Part shown: positions 16,577 to 28,212 of the stretch, one piece after another | Layout: each line of letters begins with the position of its first letter | Numbering within the stretch: position 1 is the first letter of the stretch | Assembly (NCBI GenBank): GCA_977020255.1 | Contig: CDROCS010000745.1 | Coordinates: 682,001 to 746,000, forward strand | DNA: 64,000 nt | Direction of reading: 5' to 3' | From: Obrimoposthia wandeli | Taxonomy: Eukaryota | Notes under the pieces: model-generated | Database searches by the model: none | The model's input: only the letters and a program-made list of their open reading frames with translations | What the model was told of the DNA's origin: nothing | Made by a program: the position numbers and the translations under genes

Positions 16577-18136
16577 GCAACCATAACACTAAGTAGGCCA
16601 CGACCAACTTTAAGACCTGCTTCTAATCGAACTCACGTTGGGGCCCTCCGCACTCAAGAGGCTCTATACCAAGTTTCGTATAGAAACCCCAACAAAATAA
16701 CTAAATACATTAGTACAAACGAAGTACCAACAGATGAAAAATTAAGAAAACATTTAAAAATTCACGAATCACGATACAAATATAGTAATGAAATATTATA
16801 TTATTTAAATGACAAAAATCTATATTCACTAGTTATTCCTAAAGAAATTCAGTGTCAATTACTTCTTCAATATCATAATGGAGCCCTAGGAGGACATTTA
16901 TCATCAAAAAAGACACATTCACGATTAAATTTAAAATACTATTGGATTGACATGAAAGAAGATGTAAAAAATTGGTGTAAAACATGTGAAATATGTCTTA
17001 AACGGAAAAATACTTTACGTACCACAAAAATACCTTTAAAGCCAATACCTTATTCATCAGCCCCTATGGAAACTGTTGCCATGGATGTAATGGGACCATT
17101 ACCTGAAACACCCCGAGGAAATCGATATATAATAGTATTTTCTGATTATTTTACAAGATGGCCAGAGGCTTTTCCAACACATGATCATAAGGCTGAAACC
17201 ATCGTGAAGGTTTTAGTCGAAAAAATTATTTTTACTTTCGGTGCACCCCGAAAATTATTAACCGACAAAGGTCCTGAATTTATAAATAATGTATTAGCGT
17301 CAATAGCTGAAATTTTTCACATAAAAAAGATCAATACAACACCATATCACCCTCAAACTGACGGGTTAGTAGAAAGATTTAATAGAACCCTCGAAGATAT
17401 GATGGCATCATACACAAACAACAACCAAACAGATTGGGATTTACACATACCTCCATGCCTTTTTGCATATAGAACATCAGTACATACATCCACAGGAGAA
17501 ACACCTTTTTATCTTATGTTCCTCAGAGATTCTCAAATGCCTATTGACCTAACATTACTACAACCTACTACACAATATTTAGAAATACCTGAATATAAAA
17601 TAGAAATTAGAGAAAGAATAAAACTAGCATTCGAAAAAGCTAAACTATTTGTAAAAAACATACAAGAAAATTACAAAGAATATTATGATAGAAGAACTAA
17701 GCCATCAAATATAAAAAGCGGAAGTAAAGTGATGATTCACAATCCACAAATTAATGTAGGATTGTCTCACAAATTATCAAAACCATACAAAGGACCATAT
17801 ACAGTCATTAGTACCAACGGAACCAACATAACAGCTAAACTAGATAATGAACCAAAATCAAAAGAAATAAGAGCACATATAAACAGATGTCGAGAAATAC
17901 CTGAGGAGAATACAAAAGTAAAAAGTCACAAATATAACTTAAGATCAACTAATGATAATACAGTTCTACAAATGTTGACAATAAAAAACTCACAAAAACA
18001 AAATAAAACTATTTTGAGTCATCAAACCAGAAATACAATAAAAATATCAATAAAAGAAATTGGTAAAATAATGATGTTATTGATAATATATTTTATAATA
18101 AAATATAACCTACTGAAAGTAAAGCAACAAACATAA
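16577..18136 (+). CDS. Gypsy integrase (HHCC, core, C-terminal) of element B; frame open from 16577, upstream of the tracked ATG at 16952
   Basis: YHNGALGGHLSSKKT..CKTCEIC; AMDVMGPL; TDKGPEF; GLVERFN; KPYKGPYTVI. Confidence 0.92.
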   Translation, partial: ATITLSRPRPTLRPASNRTHVGALRTQEALYQVSYRNPNKITKYISTNEVPTDEKLRKHLKIHESRYKYSNEILYYLNDKNLYSLVIPKEIQCQLLLQYHNGALGGHLSSKKTHSRLNLKYYWIDMKEDVKNWCKTCEICLKRKNTLRTTKIPLKPIPYSSAPMETVAMDVMGPLPETPRGNRYIIVFSDYFTRWPEAFPTHDHKAETIVKVLVEKIIFTFGAPRKLLTDKGPEFINNVLASIAEIFHIKKINTTPYHPQTDGLVERFNRTLEDMMASYTNNNQTDWDLHIPPCLFAYRTSVHTSTGETPFYLMFLRDSQMPIDLTLLQPTTQYLEIPEYKIEIRERIKLAFEKAKLFVKNIQENYKEYYDRRTKPSNIKSGSKVMIHNPQINVGLSHKLSKPYKGPYTVISTNGTNITAKLDNEPKSKEIRAHINRCREIPEENTKVKSHKYNLRSTNDNTVLQMLTIKNSQKQNKTILSHQTRNTIKISIKEIGKIMMLLIIYFIIKYNLLKVKQQT

Positions 18137-18838
18137 ATGACAATCAATCAATCATACAACAACAAACTAATAAAATTCGACTCAACAACTCATCTCATAA
18201 AAAATTTTGGATTAATAACAATAATACCTGAAATCACATCAATAAAGTTAAAAATTTCTCTTCTTACAAACAAAACAGGAAATGTGCAAATCACACAAAC
18301 AGATAGAAAACAAAATATAATTATTTCAGGAATAAAATCACAAAAATATACAATACCATTTTTAAGAACAGAAACACAATATAAAATAAGAATTAAGTCG
18401 AAATTAAAAAATATAACACTCTATGAAAGAATTATAGAAACTCACATATACCTAGCATCAATATTAAAAACAACAGCAAAATATATATCAAAACATAAAA
18501 TAATGATAAAATGGGAATTTCAACTAAAAATAGATGACTTAGATAAAGCCCTCATTAGAATTAGATATAGAGGACATAATGCTAATTTTTGGAAAGACTC
18601 AGAAAAACAATTAGAAAATACACAAACTAAAACAAATTTAACCATAGAAAATATAAGATATCCAGAGAAAATAATAATAGACAATAGAGAATGCGTAATC
18701 ACTAATAAACCAATAATGTACAGACAATGGAGTCAAAAGTTTGAAAGTTATAAAAATCTAACAAAATTAACAATTTTAGGAAATAAGATATCCAAACTAT
18801 ATCAACCTACAATTTTTGTGGTCGTTGGTCAGCAGTAA
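18137..18838 (+). CDS. Post-integrase accessory ORF with two fibronectin-III-like beta-sandwich segments
   Basis: YTIPFLRTETQYKIRIKS and HKIMIKWE..IRIRYRGHNANFW..LTIENI resemble FN3 motifs. It is in frame with integrase, immediately after TAA. Confidence 0.45.
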   Translation: MTINQSYNNKLIKFDSTTHLIKNFGLITIIPEITSIKLKISLLTNKTGNVQITQTDRKQNIIISGIKSQKYTIPFLRTETQYKIRIKSKLKNITLYERIIETHIYLASILKTTAKYISKHKIMIKWEFQLKIDDLDKALIRIRYRGHNANFWKDSEKQLENTQTKTNLTIENIRYPEKIIIDNRECVITNKPIMYRQWSQKFESYKNLTKLTILGNKISKLYQPTIFVVVGQQ

Positions 18839-19465
18839 AAATTAAGAAATATGTTAAAGAAATAACCACAAAACAATTGCTACATACCACAACATTTACA
18901 TCAAAAATTTACAGAGTTACAAATCAAGTTGAAATTACGGAAAAAATAAGAATTAAATTAAAATTAAAAACAACAGAAATAATATCCTATAAATCATTTA
19001 ATGAAAGTTTAAAAATGCACTATGGTAAACAAGAACATTCAAGGAATGAAGATAAAAAAGAACTTATAATAATAGTTATAGTAATCGAAATAATTACATT
19101 TATAAATCAAATATCATGGAAAATGTTAATTTTAAAAACATACAAAAATGATAGAAACAAAACAACGAAAACACTTTTGTGGGCCCCCAGGCCCTTTTAC
19201 TATTTATATTATTCAGAATTATCCATAAATACTGTAATAGAAAATAGAAAAAGAAATATAACACAATAATCAAATCCTTTTTAAAATAAAACCGTTTAAG
19301 TAACAAAAAATGTTAGTACTATTATGTAAATCTAAATTAATTAGGAAATAGAATAAAAATTTGATATATATATATTTTTAAAGACGATTTAATGAAATAA
19401 TATTAAAATAAAATCACCAGGAAACGCATCCTGAAATTTAATAATGGTTATTTTTAGATATAAAA

Positions 19466-19861
19466 ATGAACAGATTGGCAAAAGTTTGTAAAAAATGCAA
19501 AAAATTAGAGAAAAAGATTCGAGATGTTTCCAGACAGCATGACGACTACTATATAAAGATCACAACTCAAAATGAATCACTGAAACAGTTAATAAAACAA
19601 AGTGTGGAAGAAAAATTGAATAATGATTTAACAATTGACGAACTAGAAGGGAGATTGACACATAGTTTTGGCAGAATAGACAATTTAATACAACAAACTT
19701 TAAGTCAACGATCAACTATAGCCTCATTAAGAAGACAAATGATGACCTATAGCGACATGATAAACTTTTATATGACCATTAATCCTACTATCCCAACTAA
19801 TACAACACTTGATGATGGATATGACTCGGATATGAACATTGGTGAACAAAATTCTGGTTAA
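19466..19861 (+). CDS. Small coiled-coil protein of unknown function (element B accessory)
   Basis: 131-aa ATG ORF in AT-rich context with heptad-like composition; no family recognised. Confidence 0.4.
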   Translation: MNRLAKVCKKCKKLEKKIRDVSRQHDDYYIKITTQNESLKQLIKQSVEEKLNNDLTIDELEGRLTHSFGRIDNLIQQTLSQRSTIASLRRQMMTYSDMINFYMTINPTIPTNTTLDDGYDSDMNIGEQNSG

Positions 19862-20028
19862 ACTATAACCATACATCCTTCTTTTGTACAAATTGTCTAA
19901 CTTTTGTTAATAAGTTAATTTTCATGACAAATCCCACATACTGCATGGATAAGACTGATATTTTTATAACTTTAAGACTGTGAAATAATTATATTATTTT
20001 ATTCAACTTACAAATTGATTAAAGCAGA

Positions 20029-21197
20029 ATGGATAACAATCACCTGGATACGACTCCAGACCAGCTCACTCGGTCAGATCAAACAAAAAGCACAGCAAAA
20101 ATAGAAAGAGGAAAAACGGAAAATATGCCAGAAAGGTGGTTTTTAGCAAAATTCCTGTATCAAAAGATGCGTCAGTTTAGCATTGCATACTTTAGAAACA
20201 ACGGAGGAAGAAAAATGTTTTCAAATCAAACATTTCTTCCTAATAAGTTAAAAATTACCACAGAAGAAAGAACTAGCGCACTTATTTTTTCCAATGAAAA
20301 AAGACCAACCCATATGGCTCTCAGTGAAATATTCCCCAACATTAATTGTGAAAAAATAGATATTCACGTGGCACTAGGAGTAGCCCATTTAAAAACCAAA
20401 TCAGATAAGACATTAAACTTTCTGATGATAGGAAATCACACCTACACCTTACAAGCAGCTCAATTAGAAAATCAATATAGCATAAAAATAGGAAGAGGAC
20501 CAAATCTATTATTTATAGAAAAAATAAGAAAAGCAGAAGAACCTCAACAAATAGCCCTTTTTGAATTAAAAAACGCACAGAAACCAGCAATTTTATTCCT
20601 CGATTGCGAAATGGTGATATCAGTAGATAAACAGCCAGTTTTAGCAAGTGTTTCTATAATAAATTACATAGGTAACGTAATTATAGATACACTGTGCGTA
20701 ACTAGAGACAGAGTAAGAAATTACGTTACTAGAATAACTGGACTGTCAGATAGAAAGTTACAAGGATGTAGAGATGCTGATGAAGTAATTGAGGAAGTAA
20801 AAACATTGTGTATGGTAACATCATCGTAGGTGTGGGACTAACAAACGATTTAAAAGCTTTACGCCTACAGAAATGGATGTTATTCAACATTGTTGATTTA
20901 GGAATATCCAAAAGCATAAAATCAGAACTAAATCACAATCACCCAAATATTGGACTCGCCAACATGGTTCGGAAATACTTAAATATATAAACACAAAAAG
21001 GAGTCCACACTAGCATGGAAGATGCAAATCACACCCGAAAAATTTTCATAATGAAGGAGGAAATGTTGAATAGAGAGTTTGATTTGACCGAGGTGATGAA
21101 TCCACCATCTAGCGAGAACAACCCCTGTTCATCGTTCTCACATAAGACCGGAAACTCGGAGTCCGGTACACAAAACTCCCCGATTTTGTTGGATTAA
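20029..21197 (+). pseudogene. DEDDh 3'-5' exonuclease (REX4/ISG20-like) with N-terminal extension; frameshift ~20810 and stop at 20988
   Basis: FLDCEMV..LASVSII..YVTRITGL / GNIIVGVGLTNDLKAL..IVDLG..GLANMVRKYLNI*TQKGVHTSMEDA correspond to ExoI, ExoII and ExoIII motifs. Confidence 0.82.
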
Positions 21198-21489
21198 GGT
21201 AGTATTGTTATTATTTTATTTTGTTTTCATTCTTGTCTAAATTTTTAACGATATTTAACTTGACATGATTGTGATTAATAAAACATTGATCAGTTATAAC
21301 ATACAAACAACACTAGGTAACAATAGAAACAAGACAAAATAGTTTTACTAATAATTAAAATAAAAATTATAATTCTGAGAACAGAGACTTTTATGACCCG
21401 GAGGATTGTTGGGAAAATATATTAGCTATTTGTTTTAAAAAGAAAAATAAAAATATAAAAATTTTTAAAAAAATAAAAGGTAAAAAGGA

Positions 21490-22430
21490 ATTAATTAACT
21501 GAAAATTAATTGGGAACTTTCCTTAATTAGGGAAAAGTTCTGATTTTTAAAATGTGCACTTTGGCATTTTGTCTCGGGATAATCAATCTCCGACGGGAAA
21601 AAAGCCCGTTTCGCCCTGCCGGGCTCATCAGGGAGATGGCTTGTTATCTCTGACTTCGCGGTGGATTCCGCGAAGCCAGAGATAACAATAATAAAGTCAG
21701 GGAAAAGAGGGAAAGATTCCCCTTTCATGTGCCGACGAATATCGTCGACATATGTTGTTGGTGTGCAAAAGTACACATTTCAATACACACACTCACACAG
21801 CAGACATCACTCAACTCATTCACTCTCACTACTCACTCAATCGCTCACTCAATCACTTATTCACTCACTCTCCCTACTCACTCACTCACCTATCCATTGT
21901 GCACATGTGTGTGTGAGTATGGGACATAAATAATAATAATGTAATTTCTCTCTGCCCAGATTTGTTGCCGATGTTTGAACAGCCGGTGTGTATGCTGTTT
22001 TTGGACTGGGCGACAGACAGAGATTCTGCACAAAAAATCAATCTAGTATGTGTGCAGCATTGGCAGAATAATAATAATGTTTGCACAAAAAAACAGTTTT
22101 ATTATTATTTTCCCCATTTAACTGTGTATGTGTGCACTTATCAGAATTATTATTATTTTTCCCCATTTAACTGTGTATGTGTGCACTTTTGCACAAAAAC
22201 AGTTTTATTATTATTTTCCCCATTTTAACAGTGTATGTGTGCGATAAATTTTCCCTCTATGCTAAAAATTGCTGCCAGGAATCGGATCAGCACCAATGTA
22301 TGCGTGCTCTGGATTTTTTATCGCCTTCCATTCTCTTCTCCATGTCTTCCCCACTCTACGCCAAATGTTGTCTATAAGCGTGTAAGCTTGCGATATTTCA
22401 TCTATTGCGATCCCAACTCTCTCTAAGTAT
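21490..22430 (-). mobile_element. Non-coding hammerhead-bearing interspersed element (Penelope-like pLTR / retrozyme-like), copy 1
   Basis: GC-richer island with the ribozyme, a 21-bp hairpin (21641-21688), an ACTC microsatellite and internal repeats; related to 25500-26150. Confidence 0.55.
21586..21637 (-). ncRNA. Type I hammerhead ribozyme (intact core)
   Basis: Minus strand AUCUCC-CUGAUGA-GCCC(GGCA)GGGC-GAAA-CGGG(CUUUUUU)CCCG-UC^-GGAGAU. All three stems pair; canonical core; GUC cleavage triplet. Confidence 0.92.
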
Positions 22431-22571
22431 TTAAGGCAGCTAATTTTACAAAATATGCAGAATTATTACTATTATTGCTTTTCAGAATATAACAACAAAA
22501 ATGCAATCTACCTATGATTATTAATTTGATTTTGCCAGAAATTAACCAATTTTTAGAAAGCTGAAAACACA

Positions 22572-22722
22572 GAATATTTATTTTATCATATATTTATCCG
22601 CAAAGAATATTTATTTTATCATATTGATATCCGCAAAGAATATTTATTTTATCATATTGATATCCGCAAAGAATATTTATCCGCAAAGAATATTTATTTT
22701 ATCATATTGTTATCCGCAAAGA
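22572..22722. repeat. 33-bp tandem array (~5 copies, some partial)
   Basis: Unit ATATTTATTTTATCATATTGATATCCGCAAAGA. Confidence 0.85.
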
Positions 22723-22835
22723 AAATTTATTGACAAGATTGGATAAGTGTTTGTGAATATATATTGGACTTTGCTTCTTCTCGTTTATTAACATAAGACC
22801 AAGGAAGGAAAGGTATTTTAACCAACACACCACTA

Positions 22836-23019
22836 ATGCAGATTGCTGTGTTCAGTTTTTCTCAATAAGCTCCGAGGCATATCAGCGATTCCCCAAGGTA
22901 TTGGTTACCGGTTCCATGAAGGGCATCGGTACACCTGGGCCAAATACCGGCCAGTTGGCACACCCTGCCCTATGTGTCGAGCTCCTTTCGAGCACTGGAC
23001 GGTCCAATGTTGTGACTAG
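22836..23019 (+). pseudogene. Degenerate homolog of RING-H2 protein 3
   Basis: MQI/CSVFLNKLRGISAIPQGIGYRFHEGHRYTWAKYRPVGTPCPMCRAPFEHWTVQ aligns with MQMKCSVCMEKIWAVSASPVGCRHKFHEECLYLWAKARP.GHITCPLCRTPFGKWTLQ. Several zinc ligands are lost. It is not in the ORF track. Confidence 0.8.
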
Positions 23020-23446
23020 GGGAAATTAGCAACATCGGTTGACTTCCACGGTGAGTGGATATATATTTAGGATTCTAAATTGATATTACAGTTATAGATT
23101 GAATCGTACAATCAGTTGTCGCGACATAGGAAGAAAAATCGACTCAGTTTACGAAATCAGTGGAAAATAGATTCCAAAAAATCAGCAGCCGCGAAATCAC
23201 AACTGAAGAAGCAGACGAAGGTGAATTCAACTATAAGCGTATTAAATAAGGGATACAAAATTCAGAAACAAGCCTAACAAGACAAGCGAAGTACTAGTGG
23301 AGAAATTTTAGACGAGTCTCGGAACCAATTGAACTGAAGTCGACCGTGTCGGACTCCAGCTAACGAACATGAGACAGAACAAGGAACGAAGAATCGAGCC
23401 ACCGGGACCATCAGGATTATCGATGAGGAGGGCCTGAATTAATTTG

Positions 23447-23803
23447 AATATTGAATTTTAAGAATCGTTTTAGAATTAAAGTAAACGTTATGTTACTAAA
23501 CAATATTATACTTGATTTGAATATTGACATTTAAGAATCGTTTTAGAATTAAGTAAACGTTGTGTTACTAAACAATATTGTACTTGATTTGAATATTGAA
23601 ATTTAAGAATCGTTTTAGAATTAAGTAAACGTTGTGTTACTTAACAATATTGTACTTGATTTGAATATTGAAATTTAAGAATCGTTTTAGAATTAAAGTA
23701 AACGTTGTGTTGTTAAACAATATTGTACTTGATTTGAATATTGGAATTTAAGAATCGTTTTAGAATTAAAGAAAATGTTGTGTGGTTAAACAATATTGTA
23801 CTT
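23447..23803. repeat. ~72-73-bp tandem array (5 copies)
   Basis: Unit approx. GAATATTGAAATTTAAGAATCGTTTTAGAATTAAGTAAACGTTGTGTTACTAAACAATATTGTACTTGATTT. Confidence 0.92.
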
Positions 23804-25030
23804 GTACATTTATGCTGGACATTTTTGTAAATATCCTTAAAATCATTTTATATATAGTTATAATTTATAATAGAAATGGAACTACAATGTATATTTGCCA
23901 ATAATGTATTTGTAAAACATATAAAATACAAATTTTAATGAATTAGTTTTTAAAATGTGGTATAGACAACATAGGAAATCTTAAAATTAAATCAATTCAA
24001 AGCAATTATATTTTTAAAGTGATACACAGACATTTAGGAATTCAGTGTTATATTTATGAATTCCTAAATACGACTGATTGAGATTAATTTATAAAACCAG
24101 TAATATTTAACAAATACTAAAGATAAAATATAATTTATAAAAATGCGCCCAATATAAGTTGTATTTAATAAGTAATATTTGTCTACTTTATTTTTTTAAA
24201 TTAAAATATATATAAAATTTGGCACATTTTTAAGAATTATCCATTTTTAAAACATAAAATGATTTATGCCTAATTAAACATTTTATGTAGTAATTTAAAT
24301 TCTCTAACAACGCACAAGGTAAAAACGTTATAAAAAAATCAAATTTAAACGATTACATGAATTGAAATAAACTACTAAAAATTCAATTTTATTTTATATA
24401 TAATTACATAATTTTATTTTATATATGTATATTTTAATACAACTTTATTTAAATAATTAACAAATCATATAGTATTTAAATAATTTGTAAAGTAAAATAG
24501 TATAAAATCTATAAAACTTAAATGCTAACTGACATAATTATCTATTGAAATTATTACATAAATATTTAATTATATTTGTATTTTAAAAGAAACTTATCAT
24601 AAATCACATATTATTTATTAAACCAAATTTTCACATTAAATCTTAGTCTTTAAATGTTCCTTCTATTCTACGTCTAAAAATAAAAAGCGTCATGTAGTTT
24701 ATTCAGACAAAAAGATGTAGCATGATATGAGAATTCTTGAGTAATATGATTTTTCCGTTAACTGGAATAATAAATCAATAATTAATTTTAAAAGCATAAA
24801 TTCACTCAATTATGTAATAGATGACACCTGAAATATTAAATGAATATCAGAACATAATGTTTTATTAAAACTTATATGCAATCTGAACTTTGTAGTGAAT
24901 TCAAACTGACAATTGGGAATATTTTCAATATTCCGTGATACATTAGTCTTTCTAATGAAAATGAACAACTTGAAAACACATTTCTTAGCATTTTTAGATA
25001 TCGGTAACTAATATTGAAAACATTGTTAGA

Positions 25031-25491
25031 ATTAAAAAAAACTAACACTACGTAGAAATGTCGACAAATTAATACTTCAATTGAATTTTCATATGGGGAA
25101 TATAAAAACGAAATTAAGGATTTTATTTTATGAATTATATATAATATATTTTGATTATTTCAAAGATTATTTGTTTTATGAAAAGAGGAAATTAATTTTG
25201 GAATTTTTTAAACTATTGTTGGGAATGAGAAAGTATTTGGATTATTGAATTTTTATATTGGATTAAAAAAAACTAACACTACGTAGAAATGTCGACAAAT
25301 TAATACTTCAATTGAATTTTCATATGGGGAATATAAAAACGAAATTAAGGATTTTATTTTATGAATTATATATAATATATTTTGATTATTTCAAAGATTA
25401 TTTGTCTTATGAAAAGAGGAAATTAATTTTGGAATTTTTTAAACTATTGTTGGGAATGAGAAAGTATTTGGATTATTGAATTTTTATATTG
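25031..25491. repeat. 231-bp near-perfect tandem duplication
   Basis: ATTAAAAAAAACTAACACTACGTAG.. starts at 25031 and again at 25262. Confidence 0.92.
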
Positions 25492-25599
25492 GGTTGTTTT
25501 TGAGAAAATATTGGTTAATTGTTCCCTTAATTTAAAAGCGTTTAAAGTAATTTTTAGTTTTATGATGCACTTTGGCATTTTGTTGTTTCTTGTCCTTCA

Positions 25600-25649
25600 G
25601 TCCCCAACCGGCTTAACTGGTTTCGCCCTGCTGGGCTCGTCCGGGGGAC
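25600..25649 (-). ncRNA. Type I hammerhead ribozyme, degenerate (U4G in core, stem III mismatch), within element 25500-26150
   Basis: Minus strand GUCCCC-CGGACGA-GCCC(AGCA)GGGC-GAAA-CCAG(UUAAG)CCGG-UU^-GGGGAC; stem I covaries with copy 1. Confidence 0.75.
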
Positions 25650-28212
25650 GGCAGATTTATTTCTGGCTTCGCGGTGGGCGAAAATGCCCGCGAAGTCAGA
25701 TATAAAAAAGGAAAAAATAGATAAAACACACATACCTGCACAAAGTCGTCCAGGTTGTACAGAGCCACCCTCGACTATCGTGATCTGCCTCCGGACTTAC
25801 TTCCACACCTCCTCAGACTGCCTTCCCTGGATGCAGTTTATCAGCAGCGGCAGTTTTCTGCGGGTTTGTGTGTACACAGAGACACATGGCTGGCGGAGAG
25901 ACTGGATCAATCATCTCTATCTATCAGGCCATCGTACTGCTGACATGCCCATAAAATTTCCCGGCTGCACATGTATGTGTGTGCAGAGCCAGGAAATACC
26001 AGTTTCTCTGGCCAGTCGCTGATGCTGTGCAGCTGTTGTTAGTAATGTAGCCAGTGCTATCTCTCCTATCCTGGCATTTCGTCTCTCTGGAAAAACTTCG
26101 CCCTCTCTCCCCTAACTCTCCATATGCACTCTCTACAGAACTATAACTGTGACAGATTTGAAAATCAGTCAGTAGTTTTCAGCCTTTAACAATTTCACAA
26201 ATACGAATATTGAATTTTACAAACTTTTTGTCTTATGAATTAAAATTTTTGTTCTCATTTTAAACGTGTTTAAATGATGTAAACATCGCTATTTATTTTA
26301 TTTCGCTGTCTTTTAATAAAACAATAATTAAAACAACAAAAGTTATCTTACTATACTTTATTTTTCATTAAATTTTAAAAATAAATATTTCAACACAAAC
26401 AGTAGTTTAAGAAATTGTGGATATTTTACGATAACTGGTCTTTTAAAAAAATGTGATCACTTGAAAAGTAAATATTTTTTATTTTCTTTAAGGATAGTAA
26501 AGTTTTTTGATTCACAATAGCTGCTGATCAAAAATCCCCAAATTGCTTTATAATAACTTAAAAAGTAGATCATAAAATTGTATAAATCAACGGTTAGATC
26601 AGCTTCTTTCTGTTGGCTGTTTCAATTTGTTTCTCTTTTTTTCAAAAGAATTTAGAATAATACTTTTTAAACTTCCCTTTTTGTTGTATTACAACTCGTC
26701 CGTGAAATTGCAAAGAAAAATATAGTTGTGTGTTTTTATTTATTGCATATTTTTATGTGGATCACGAAGTTAGACCGACCACACACACACAAACAAATGA
26801 ACCGCAAACAATTATGTGTTGTTAGACTGGTATGTCTTCTTTTATAGTTTTTCAACAAAACTGCACGTGCAAAAATTACACAGATAGTGTTTTAGAAATG
26901 ATTCATAACATCATCATTAAAATCATCACTCGAGCAGCACACACACACACAAAGAAGTAAATTTCAAAACGGAAAGGTAGAGTAAAATAGCGAAGTTTGT
27001 GTTCATGTATGTGTCGGCTTTTAAGTATATGTTTATGAGAAATGAACTTTACGATGGATGTCAGTTGATTTTGAGCAGCACGGCAGCACACACACAAGCG
27101 AGAGGCAAAACCACTGGACCAATTTGATCAGTTATTCCTCGCCAACAAAATACTGATAGAGAGGAGAGATGTGGAGAAGAAGTGCAAATTCCGTCCGCTT
27201 TCCCGAGATTGGCTGGAGAGATCAATTGTAATTGGCCAAGACTGAAACAGGTGAGTCCTGAAAGGCACTTTGATGGTCTATCATTATTTTTTCTCTCTTG
27301 TATAAATTCTTATATCTGATTCTACAAGCAATGTTTTTACCGCGAAGTTAGAGATAAAGCCACCTCCTTGAAGGACTCATTGCAGGGTGAAACATTTTTT
27401 TCCAGTCAGAGGTTGAAATTAGCTTACCTTCTAGATTGCTGGAATTTCTTGTTAATAAAATATTATTTTTGGTTTTATTTTTTATTTATTTAATTCCCAA
27501 CAATATGAAATTTATAAAAAACAACTAATTGTTTCAAATTAATTACCACATTTTTAAAGAATGAGAATCAAAGATTTTTTAAATTATTTTCTTATTGATT
27601 TTACAATTGCGACTTTATTAAAACTTTAAAAGCACTTTACCTGAACATTTGTAGTAAATTCATTACTTTTTCTGACTATTTGTAATATATTAGCATTGTA
27701 AATATTAAAATTTTGTTTACAATTTATTTTTAACTTTAATTACCAGTTTGTAATTTCTAAATAATTTATTTATGAAAATCAGTCACGCTGTTCCGATTTT
27801 ATTTGGTGTCAAAATTTATAGAAAACTATTAAAATAACTATTTGAAAAGTTAAAAATATCAAATTAATGGAAAATAAAAATTTAATTAAACTTTACACTT
27901 ACATGTCTAATTCTTCTAAGCCAGTTTATTTTGTTATATTTTTCAGAATTTAAATTCGTATTGATAGTTTTAATCTTTATTCTAATATATAAATATTTTT
28001 TTGATCAATTTTATATTTAACATTTGTTAAGGACATTTCTATTTTTGTATTTTAATTTTTCCATTTTGCTTAATATTGTACTATTTGACATATTTATCAC
28101 ATTTTAAATATCAATGTTTAGATAGTTACATATTTTTTTAGAAAATATCCTTAAAATGGTTTGAAAATGATTTGAAGTTTAGTGAAAATATTTTATCCTG
28201 TTTAATTTCTAG

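Larger units (their letters stand above)
16501..23808 (+). mobile_element. Element B: internally deleted, decayed relative of element A (leader joined to integrase, then accessory ORFs and LTR-like tail)
   Basis: Leader after the LTR is homologous to element C's leader; integrase is related to A's; a degenerate homolog of A's RING3 lies at 22836; tandem arrays occur near the end. Right boundary is uncertain. Confidence 0.65.

Noticed and set aside
18877-19269. 130-aa ORF in element B
   Set aside because: Non-ATG start, extremely A-rich low-complexity sequence, no motif.
21490-22430. Helitron/Helentron interpretation of the hairpin + microsatellite elements
   Set aside because: The conserved core resolves as a hammerhead ribozyme on the minus strand; no CTRR end identified.
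23008-23808. Solo LTR with TG...CA ends
   Set aside because: No target-site duplication, and the TGT start lies inside the RING pseudogene; treated as element B's tail.
27132-27250. Possible upstream exon of the TRPT1-like gene (CAG|GTGAGT donor)
   Set aside because: Good donor, but no start codon or recognisable peptide; cannot be supported without transcripts.
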